From: Bdellovibrionales bacterium RIFOXYD12_FULL_39_22
GTDB taxonomy: Bacteria; Bdellovibrionota; Bacteriovoracia; Bacteriovoracales; Bacteriovoracaceae
Assembly: GCA_001770205.1 (NCBI GenBank)
Contig: MEQL01000004.1
Coordinates: forward strand, 1-60,854
Length of the DNA stretch: 60,854 nt
Direction: 5' to 3'
Below are positions 10,080-17,767 of this stretch, piece after piece (position 1 is the stretch's first letter; each line of letters begins with the position of its first letter). The notes beneath the pieces are model-generated. The model did no database searches. It was not told the origin of the DNA and was given only the letters and a program-made list of their open reading frames with translations. The translations under genes were made by a program, and so were the position numbers.

Positions 10080-11258
10080 TTAATTCCAAAAAACATCAAA
10101 GGATTTTAGATTCATCTTAATCCATTGCTGGGTGTATTGCTTGATAAAAGGCATAAAGGAATGATCAATGGCCATTCCATTAAAATCTAGTGGAACCATG
10201 GTGCGTGTTAGCAAAATATAATCGTGTAATTCTCCATTAATCTCTCGCATGGCCGGATAAAAGGCCGAAGGCAAAAAACCATTCTGGGTCAAAAAATCTA
10301 TAGTATCAAAAGAGCTTAAACGAACCAACGTTTCAACATAATAAATCCCCATTTCTTTCATTGCAAAGATTAACTTTTTAAAGCGGGCCTTGCCTAAAAC
10401 GGAAGCAGTTTTGCTTCCGGTAACAATAACACAATAGTGATCTTTTTTATTAAAGGTAGCGTATAAATTCATGGGTGTTCCATCATTGCAAGTGATGAGC
10501 ATGTTTGGAGTATGAAAAGGGTAAAAGTGTGAGTCGTCGTCATTTTTGAAAACCTCATTAAAGCGACGTTGTACAAAAAATGGAGCATAGATAAATTCAA
10601 ATCCTCCCAGATCTCCATGTGGGCTCTCTTGCTCCGCTCCAATCGATCTTGTTGCGCATTTAGACTTGGCGGCACGAGTATGAAACTTTATCCCTGCTAT
10701 TTCGCTCATGATTGATAGCATGGGAGATATAATTTCTGGCACCTCCTCAACATGGGCCCGTCTTTCAAAAAGATCTTTTTTAAACTTGGCCATTAAAGTT
10801 AGTGTTTCATAACTTTTTATTTTGCGGGCATTGGGAAAAATTCCCAGTGGAAAAAAACCATTGCTTAAAAACATTCTTTGGGAGTGAATGGCCAGAGTTC
10901 GCGTGGTGGCGTAAAGTGAATGCACCAACTTCTGCTCTTCTAAAATTCTCCTGGTTCCATATTCAATTAGGGTGGTGGCAATTTTACGATCCCGATAGTT
11001 GTCTGCCACCGCTACTCCAACTACCTTACCAATTTTATATTTTAAATCCATTTCGAAAATACATGATCCTGCAATAGCATTACTTTCATCATCTCGCATA
11101 ACCAGCCACAAAAATTCTAGCTTATTCTCAATGGCCTCCTTCATTACCTGTCGATTAGTTCCGATTTCTAAAGGGTAGTCGTCCTGATAAATCAGAAGAT
11201 AGAGAGATAATAGTTTATCAACATCCTCAACTTTTGCTCGATCCATTACTAACGCCAT
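10080..11258 (-). CDS. GNAT-family acyltransferase, probably two GNAT-like domains
   Basis: VAVADNYRDRKIATTL acyl-CoA-binding motif; internally repeated NGFFPLGIFP / NGFLPSAFYP; GAGGGGG RBS. Confidence 0.75.
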   Translation of the reverse strand: MALVMDRAKVEDVDKLLSLYLLIYQDDYPLEIGTNRQVMKEAIENKLEFLWLVMRDDESNAIAGSCIFEMDLKYKIGKVVGVAVADNYRDRKIATTLIEYGTRRILEEQKLVHSLYATTRTLAIHSQRMFLSNGFFPLGIFPNARKIKSYETLTLMAKFKKDLFERRAHVEEVPEIISPMLSIMSEIAGIKFHTRAAKSKCATRSIGAEQESPHGDLGGFEFIYAPFFVQRRFNEVFKNDDDSHFYPFHTPNMLITCNDGTPMNLYATFNKKDHYCVIVTGSKTASVLGKARFKKLIFAMKEMGIYYVETLVRLSSFDTIDFLTQNGFLPSAFYPAMREINGELHDYILLTRTMVPLDFNGMAIDHSFMPFIKQYTQQWIKMNLKSFDVFWN

Positions 11259-11421
11259 CTTTTGCCCCCTCTACGCAATAGAACTATTTGCTTTCACACG
11301 CTGGAGATATTTTCCCCCTATGTCTCAAGAGAGGCACCATATACCATAGATAGGAGATATGATGAACATTTATGAAAAATATTCATCATCTGTGCCGTTA
11401 AAATAAGTCAGGAGGACGCCA

Positions 11422-11895
11422 ATGAAACTGTTTTTTCGTCTAATAATAGTACTTCTGGCATTGAACAATTATCTTGCCGCTCGCAGTCCGGCCATAGAGC
11501 AAGATATGGGAATTTCCATCGATAATGCGCCTATAATAGAACCAGGAAAAGAACAACCTTTTGATTTTTCTTCTCAAAAAGCAATCAGTGCCGACCTTGC
11601 GCCAAGTGAGGGACGATCCATTTCGGCCATTGGCCAGGCCATTGTTACCGAAGATAAGCAGGTAATTGATGTAAGTGGATTACCAACAATGGCGCAAATT
11701 TCTTCGCGCCCAATTTTTACCTTCGTGTTGGCCGCGCTTCTTGCTCCGATTATTTTATGGTTGGGGATGATTCTTCACCTTCGTCGCCAAAATCACACAG
11801 ATTTATCGAATGTTTTAGATTTTAAGAAAGGCCCCCAAGAACAGATCTTGTCAGACGATACTGAAAAAACAAAGAAAATATCCAAGGCCTCATAG
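11422..11895 (+). CDS. hypothetical exported single-pass membrane protein
   Basis: AGGAGG RBS; signal peptide; C-terminal TM helix IFTFVLAALLAPIILWLGMIL. Confidence 0.7.
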   Translation: MKLFFRLIIVLLALNNYLAARSPAIEQDMGISIDNAPIIEPGKEQPFDFSSQKAISADLAPSEGRSISAIGQAIVTEDKQVIDVSGLPTMAQISSRPIFTFVLAALLAPIILWLGMILHLRRQNHTDLSNVLDFKKGPQEQILSDDTEKTKKISKAS

Positions 11896-11907
11896 GTGTA
11901 ATTTATT

Positions 11908-12552
11908 CTAAAATTTAGACCACTGGCCACTGCCACGATACGACATTACGTGAGAGATCGTGTTATATTTAGCGGCCACTTCTTTGATCCCATCTCCATT
12001 GTAATCATAGAGAGAAACCTCGTAGTAACGTTTGTGATAATGGCCAAAACTTTGCCGCATCTCTTCAAAAACAATAGGCCCTTTTGCTATTTCTAATTTT
12101 GTTAAATCGTTATTTTCAACGGCAATTAAATATAGACGAGAACTCCCCACAAATTGCAAATAATCGCGTTGCCCTTCATAAAAATAGATTAATAGTACTT
12201 TAATCTGCGGGCCTAGTTTACGAAATCCAATTTTATATATGTATGAATCTTTCCCTACAGTATCTAATTTAAAGCGAATGATTGGCCGCTTAAAGGCATC
12301 ATGAAGCCGAATCCAATCTTGGCCATCACTTTTTTCATAAGCAACACTTTCATCAAAACCATCACTATTTAAATCAATTGCGTAGAATTTGGAGATGAAT
12401 GTCTCTAGATAATTTTCACTCCGAGTATTCCCCACAATTTTTGTGAAATCCCCTGAAATAATTTTCTTAAAAAGGCGCTCATCTTGAGCTTGGGCCCCCC
12501 AAGGTATTAGTGCCGGCCAAACGAAAATGCATAGTAAAAAAAATATTTTCAT
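11908..12552 (-). CDS. hypothetical exported protein with FG-GAP-like Ca-binding loops
   Basis: Signal peptide; DLNSDGFDE and DYNGDGIKE motifs. Confidence 0.7.
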   Translation of the reverse strand: MKIFFLLCIFVWPALIPWGAQAQDERLFKKIISGDFTKIVGNTRSENYLETFISKFYAIDLNSDGFDESVAYEKSDGQDWIRLHDAFKRPIIRFKLDTVGKDSYIYKIGFRKLGPQIKVLLIYFYEGQRDYLQFVGSSRLYLIAVENNDLTKLEIAKGPIVFEEMRQSFGHYHKRYYEVSLYDYNGDGIKEVAAKYNTISHVMSYRGSGQWSKF

Positions 12553-12692
12553 AGTTAATTATAAATTTAACATGAAAAGCGGTAGTTTTGGGCAAAATTT
12601 TATAAAAAAGAGTTCACATCTGTGGTAAAAAAATTATATTCTAAGGCGCTCAAACGGCAGCGGTTTATACTGTAATACATTTGTGAGGTTTA

Positions 12693-13454
12693 ATGGAATT
12701 TTCAATCGGATATGTTAAATCTGAGCAGCAGCTCATTGTAAAACGCTTTTCAGATGGCCAAGTTTTAGAGTCAAAAATAATTTCAATGGAAGAAGTAAAA
12801 GAAGTTGAATTAAATGGCCTACTCTTTGATGGCCAAATTAGTGAAGCAACACTCAACAGCTTGCGCGATGAGTTTAAGTTTTATCCCATTATTAAGAGCG
12901 AAACAGTGCAAATGGCGGCCACTGTTTTTGAATCTGTTTCTTTTGAAAATGCACTTTCCTTGTTAAAAAAAATGCAAACTAGTTGGGTTTTGCAAAACAA
13001 CCTAACCTTACTTGAAGAGTTTTTTAGTGTGCTTGAGCACTTAGAAAAACTATGGCCCAATCAGCGAACTGAGTTTTTCGAACATCTTTGGTTTATTTTG
13101 AAATCAAATCTAGGGGCAACAAACTTGCAAATTATCTTCAATGACATCGAACTCTCTACTGGAGAGCGAGGGAAAAATAGATTAACTCAAAATAAAGTGA
13201 TGGGTAAAAAATTTCCAGAGGCCGTTTCTGGAACAGAAGTCGATGAGCGTTTGATGAGTAATTACAAAAATAATTTTATTTCCCATTTTAATATTTGCGA
13301 ATTTAATGAGCAAAAAGGAGAGGCCGTTATTACTGCCGTAATTAACAAAGGCCCTATTTTGGTAATGACAAATCTTCTGACTATTTCAAGGTTGCAAAAA
13401 GCAGTTTTAGGAATGTTGTTTGAGGGAATTAATCGTGCAGTGACGAAGCACTAA
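12693..13454 (+). CDS. hypothetical cytoplasmic protein
   Basis: 253-aa ORF, GAGGT RBS, no recognised motif. Confidence 0.7.
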   Translation: MEFSIGYVKSEQQLIVKRFSDGQVLESKIISMEEVKEVELNGLLFDGQISEATLNSLRDEFKFYPIIKSETVQMAATVFESVSFENALSLLKKMQTSWVLQNNLTLLEEFFSVLEHLEKLWPNQRTEFFEHLWFILKSNLGATNLQIIFNDIELSTGERGKNRLTQNKVMGKKFPEAVSGTEVDERLMSNYKNNFISHFNICEFNEQKGEAVITAVINKGPILVMTNLLTISRLQKAVLGMLFEGINRAVTKH

Positions 13455-13469
13455 GGATTACATTACTCA

Positions 13470-13913
13470 TTACTCTGTCGGCCATCCAATGCCGGGATGG
13501 ATATTTTGGCCGTCAATATTTTCAGCTCCCTCGATATAGTTTTCACCTTCAGGAATGTATTCTTGTTCTTCTTGCCAATCACTGCTTTGCCCATTTTCAT
13601 CTACTGAGGCCGAAGCAGGATAAGATGTTGGCGCCCTTCCAGATGGTTGTCCTGCATTCGGAGAATCTGTTGGAACTTCATTTTGCTCCATTGCCCAACC
13701 ATCGGTAGCATAAAGAACACGAGTTATGTTTTTATTGATGGCCATTTTTTCGTTAGCAGTTAGTCGCACATAAGAGACAGTTCGTGGCCGAGAATCATCG
13801 GACTCCTGTGTGATCTCGTCAAAGGAATAGGTTTTCGTATCGAAGTAACGGCCAATCGCAACCAAGATGGCCAAAAAAACAATTATAGATATAAAAAAAG
13901 TTCCTTTTCCCAT
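13470..13913 (-). CDS. hypothetical membrane-anchored protein with acidic disordered tail
   Basis: N-terminal TM helix FFISIIVFLAILVAIG; low-complexity acidic C-terminus; start 13913 or 13934. Confidence 0.65.
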   Translation of the reverse strand: MGKGTFFISIIVFLAILVAIGRYFDTKTYSFDEITQESDDSRPRTVSYVRLTANEKMAINKNITRVLYATDGWAMEQNEVPTDSPNAGQPSGRAPTSYPASASVDENGQSSDWQEEQEYIPEGENYIEGAENIDGQNIHPGIGWPTE

Positions 13914-13956
13914 TACATGTTCCTGCACTCGCATAAGGCAAGCGCGCTTTGATGCC

Positions 13957-13983
13957 TTCTCGGAATGTTTAATTATTAGTTGA
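13957..13983 (-). promoter_or_regulatory. putative sigma28 (FliA)-type promoter
   Basis: TCAAC-N14-TCCGAGAA on the minus strand upstream of the 13913 gene. Confidence 0.4.
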
Positions 13984-14013
13984 TATATTTATGTTTACGC
14001 CGAATTGACCGAA

Positions 14014-14086
14014 TTGTACAAACTGATCGAGCACGACAAAAACATACTATTTTAGAGCAATTGATTTGCTTGTTACGGCAGGTAAT
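14014..14086 (+). repeat. degenerate 73-bp copy of an internal fic gene segment (15956-16029)
   Basis: Manual alignment gives 8 substitutions and one 1-nt indel over 74 positions. Confidence 0.9.
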
Positions 14087-14104
14087 GGCAATTTTTTTCG
14101 TAGA

Positions 14105-14133
14105 TTGACTTGAATACGCAATCACGTGATAAT
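14105..14133 (+). promoter_or_regulatory. putative sigma70 promoter
   Basis: TTGACT-N17-GATAAT upstream of the 14224 gene. Confidence 0.5.
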
Positions 14134-14223
14134 AATGGAACGGCATTGAAATTCAGTGTCAGCAAAATTAAGAATTGGGCAGACTAATATTTTGCATGTC
14201 TAATGACATCTAGGAGGGAGAAT

Positions 14224-14691
14224 ATGTCTAGATATTTATTAATTGCGTTTATTCTTTTTAGTAATAATTTTTTATTTGGCAAAGATGATAAAAAAATTAT
14301 CAGATCACCAAATTCAACAGAAGGATTTGTTACATGTGGGGGCAAGAGTAAGGACACTACTATTAAGATTGATTTTTGTTATACAAAATCTAGAAAGAGT
14401 GAAAATGAAGCTTATACAAAAAAATGTACCGGAGATAACGGTAGAGTGTTTATATACATTAATAATGAACTTGATTACAATGGTTATGTGCCAAGCAAAC
14501 TTGCTGTTTTTCCAGACGAAATGGCCAAGGCCATCTTTTTAACAGTGCTCAATGATGGCCAGGAAACGAATACAGATATTTATTATACGGTTAGTGAACA
14601 CGAAGAAGAATGGAACACTATTAAAACAACTAGTGTTAAGACCGGAAAAAAATATTTAATCACAGATTTTGCATGTACGGTGAACAATTAA
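14224..14691 (+). CDS. hypothetical exported protein
   Basis: GGAGGG RBS before ATG 14224; signal peptide; 4 Cys. Confidence 0.7.
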   Translation: MSRYLLIAFILFSNNFLFGKDDKKIIRSPNSTEGFVTCGGKSKDTTIKIDFCYTKSRKSENEAYTKKCTGDNGRVFIYINNELDYNGYVPSKLAVFPDEMAKAIFLTVLNDGQETNTDIYYTVSEHEEEWNTIKTTSVKTGKKYLITDFACTVNN

Positions 14692-14750
14692 TCAGGTGTA
14701 AAATTTCAGAATATTTGTTCATGCTAAGCGGTCACCACGGGACGGATTAG

Positions 14751-14783
14751 AAAGATGCCCCCCCGTTGAATATCGGAGGCATT
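14751..14783 (-). terminator. probable intrinsic terminator between convergent genes
   Basis: ATGCCTCCG...CGGGGGGGCAT-CTTT hairpin with G-U pairs on the minus strand. Confidence 0.45.
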
Positions 14784-14806
14784 TGATTTTTTAACTGCTC
14801 ATTTTT

Positions 14807-15301
14807 CTATTTATGAGCAGCAGGATGGGTGTTCTTATTTGGATCGATGTGATTTTCAATCTTTCTAAGATCACGGTTGAAACTATCGAGATCTTTCAAT
14901 TCCCGAACATATTTAACGCGATTACAAATGACATATTGCTCTGTTATTTCTTCACAATCAGGCTTACATGCGCTCGCAACACTACTAGAGCAAGCCTGAT
15001 TGCCTGTGCCGGGTTCAAAATAAGAGCATTCCACCGAATAACTGTTTGCGCACTCTATAATGTGGGAGTCCTTAGATCTATGCTCTATTACGTAGCACGA
15101 AACCCCCTTATATTGATTGCCTAGATCATCCTCAATAGTCTTCAGCATCGGATGCTTACAGTAACTACCTTCCGGGTCACTTATGCACACACAAGGGTAA
15201 ATGTTTCCACTGGAGAAAGTCTTCAATGATGGGGGACTTGCGTTGGCACACCATACCAGCAACACCAATATACCCACTAACAAAATGCTTGTTTTTTTCA
15301 C
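14807..15301 (-). CDS. Cys-rich exported hypothetical protein
   Basis: GGAGGTG RBS and GTG start; signal peptide; about 10 Cys in the mature part. Confidence 0.7.
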   Translation of the reverse strand: MKKTSILLVGILVLLVWCANASPPSLKTFSSGNIYPCVCISDPEGSYCKHPMLKTIEDDLGNQYKGVSCYVIEHRSKDSHIIECANSYSVECSYFEPGTGNQACSSSVASACKPDCEEITEQYVICNRVKYVRELKDLDSFNRDLRKIENHIDPNKNTHPAAHK

Positions 15302-15644
15302 AAAACACCTCCATTAAAACACCAAGAACAATAACATCTTTTTTCGTTCGCCTACGTTCGCCTAAGATGGCTTAACTACCGTTTCGACATATATTGACCA
15401 ATACTTTAATCCAGTTTTTGGATGAAGACGGATGCGAATTGACTCTAAGACAGCAAAGGACCTCCTTTGTTATGCGAAGTGGTTTTTAACCCGATTATCC
15501 ATAACCTAGATCGTTTTTACCCGACCAGTTTACTTGGTAGAAGACCTGTCTAAGGTTAAAAACTGAGTACGTGACAGTTTCTCTAAGATTAACAGCAAAA
15601 CTTATTTTTTCGAGAGTTTTTTATTGATTGTTTATTCAAAATAT

Positions 15645-15685
15645 TTAATATGGCATTGTGCTTATATCTTGATATGCCATATTAA
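15645..15685. promoter_or_regulatory. 12-bp perfect inverted repeat, candidate operator upstream of fic
   Basis: TTAATATGGCAT (15645-15656)-N17-ATGCCATATTAA (15674-15685), directly next to the RBS. Confidence 0.6.
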
Positions 15686-15694
15686 GAGGATTTT

Positions 15695-16657
15695 ATGATA
15701 ATTGATAAACCACTTTTAGATAGAATTGAAAGTAAATTTAAAATTGTGAAAAAGCACCGACCACTTTCCTCCACCATAGTAAATAAACTCAAAGAACAAT
15801 TTGCCATTGAAATGACATATAACTCCAATGCAATTGAGGGTAATAGATTGTCTCTCAAAGAAACATACCTTGTGATTGAAGAAGGCATCACCGTAAAAGG
15901 GAAATCGCTGAAAGAACATTTGGAGGCCAAAAATCATTTTGAGGCAATTAACTTTTTGTACGACCTGATCGAGCACGACAAAAAACATACTATTTCAGAG
16001 CAATTGATTCGCTCCTTACAGCAGTTAATAGTCAAAGAAAGCGATCCAAGTATTGCGGGATCATATCGAACCGGTTCGGTAATGATAAGCGGGTCTAAGC
16101 ATCATCCACCTGATGCATGCGATATCTCTTTTTTAATGCGAGATTTGGTCAGATGGGCGCAAAAGAATGCTGGTTTAATTCATATCATAGAATTGTCCGC
16201 TATTTTTCATCATAAGATTGTTCATATTCACCCTTTTTTCGATGGTAACGGTCGGACTGCCAGGCTTGCTATGAACTTGCTTTTAATGCAACACGGTTAT
16301 CCATTAGTTATTATCCTCAAAAATGATCGAAAAAAATATTATGATGTTTTAGAAAAAGCAGATGCTGGAAAAATGGAACCTTTAATTAAATTTGTTGCGC
16401 AGGCGATTGAGAAATCTCTAAATATATATTTGAATGCCATTGGTGATAGCGCTGGAAATAAAAAGTTATATTCCTTATCTGAAATAGCTATGAAGACTCC
16501 TTATTCAGAAAAATATCTGAACTTGCTAGCACGTTATGGCAAAATTGATGCTCACAAGGATGGAAGAAACTGGGTAAGTAGTTTTGAAGCAATAGAAAAT
16601 TACCAGAAGAATCGACTTAGAAAAAGAAATTTAAAATCAAAGAAAACGGTCAAATGA
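15695..16657 (+). CDS. fic: Fic-family AMPylase (class II, N-terminal inhibitory helix) with C-terminal HTH-like domain
   Basis: HPFFDGNGRTAR catalytic motif; SNAIEGN inhibitory motif; C-terminal LYSLSEIA..YSEKYLNLLARYGKIDAHKDGRNW. Confidence 0.92.
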   Translation: MIIDKPLLDRIESKFKIVKKHRPLSSTIVNKLKEQFAIEMTYNSNAIEGNRLSLKETYLVIEEGITVKGKSLKEHLEAKNHFEAINFLYDLIEHDKKHTISEQLIRSLQQLIVKESDPSIAGSYRTGSVMISGSKHHPPDACDISFLMRDLVRWAQKNAGLIHIIELSAIFHHKIVHIHPFFDGNGRTARLAMNLLLMQHGYPLVIILKNDRKKYYDVLEKADAGKMEPLIKFVAQAIEKSLNIYLNAIGDSAGNKKLYSLSEIAMKTPYSEKYLNLLARYGKIDAHKDGRNWVSSFEAIENYQKNRLRKRNLKSKKTVK

Positions 16658-16926
16658 ACTTCCTTCTACACAAGTGCTCCGGTCCCCTCTTGTCCGTGGC
16701 CGCAATGGCAACGTTGGCATGCAGAGACTAAACCCATCCTTGATAGGCGCAGCGATTGCTTCGTAGCTCTGCCCACTGGCCACGCCCCATGTACCTACCA
16801 GAAAAAATGCCATTTTCTTCGTGCATTTCCCAGAGGAAACTCGCATCACTCATCGCGTACGCAGTTTGGTTACACTTTGTACACAAAAACATTGTCTGCC
16901 AAAATTTTTCAGGTTATAAGTTTTTC

Positions 16927-17757
16927 ATGCAAACAGAATCACCAAAACAAATTTTTCATTATAACGATCCCGTTGAATATATTTCCGCGGTCTATGAGCT
17001 TAAAAAAAGTAGAAACCCTCAGTTTTCCATTCGTGCATGGGCAAAACAACTTGGTTACAACAACCCATCTCTTTTGGCCCAAACACTTAAGGGTGATAGA
17101 AAAATTGGGTTAAAGCTGGTTAAAAAAATCGCAGAAAATTTAAAACTAATGGGCGACGAAAGAAAACATTTAGAACTTCTCACTCTTTTTAAGAGGGCCA
17201 CCAAAGATAGTGAAAAAGAGATTTATCTAGAACTTTTAAATGATCTTCATCCCCAAAACAGAATTAGTAGCTTAGAACTCGACCACTTTCGCTATATAGC
17301 CGATTGGTATCATCTGGCCATTTTAGAAATGGTGGGCCTTCGCAAGTTTTCGCCTGATCCAGAAAAAATTGCCTCCCTACTCGGTAAAGAGGTTACTGCT
17401 CTAATGGCCCAGAAAGCTATTGAGCGTCTGATTCGACTAGGGCTTCTCGAAAAAACTAAAGACAGAAAATTAAAAAGAACCAACGATAATAGCCTGGTAA
17501 TTAATCATAAGGTGTCCAGTGAGGCCATCAGAAAACACCATCAACAAATGATTACCAAGGCCCTCGATTCGATTGAATCCCAGAGTATTGGGGAGAGAGA
17601 TATCTCTTCCACAACTCTTTCAATTCAAAAAAATGATCTTGAAAAAATAAAAGAACTTATTAATAAATTTCACAAAAGCGTTCGAAAGTTTGCGCAGACC
17701 AAAGACGCCGATGAAACTTATCAGTTAAATGTTCAACTTTTTAAACTTACATTGTAA
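16927..17757 (+). CDS. TIGR02147-family protein (N-terminal HTH plus DUF4423-like domain)
   Basis: KKSRNPQFSIRAWAKQLG, FRYIADWYHLAILE, AIRKHHQQMI, ERDISSTT and YQLNVQLFKL motifs; ATG 16927 preferred over the extended ORF start. Confidence 0.88.
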   Translation: MQTESPKQIFHYNDPVEYISAVYELKKSRNPQFSIRAWAKQLGYNNPSLLAQTLKGDRKIGLKLVKKIAENLKLMGDERKHLELLTLFKRATKDSEKEIYLELLNDLHPQNRISSLELDHFRYIADWYHLAILEMVGLRKFSPDPEKIASLLGKEVTALMAQKAIERLIRLGLLEKTKDRKLKRTNDNSLVINHKVSSEAIRKHHQQMITKALDSIESQSIGERDISSTTLSIQKNDLEKIKELINKFHKSVRKFAQTKDADETYQLNVQLFKLTL

Positions 17758-17767
17758 AGGAGTGCCC

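Noticed and set aside
5123..11258. Bioluminescence operon
   Set aside because: No luxA, luxB, luxD or luxG in the window; the extra ligases and GNAT point to a different function
15345..15364. Tandem CGTTCGCCTA x2 upstream of the 15301 gene
   Set aside because: Only two copies; cannot distinguish an operator from a slippage duplication
16756..16926. N-terminal extension of the TIGR02147 ORF
   Set aside because: Family-like sequence begins at MQTESPKQIFHY (16927)
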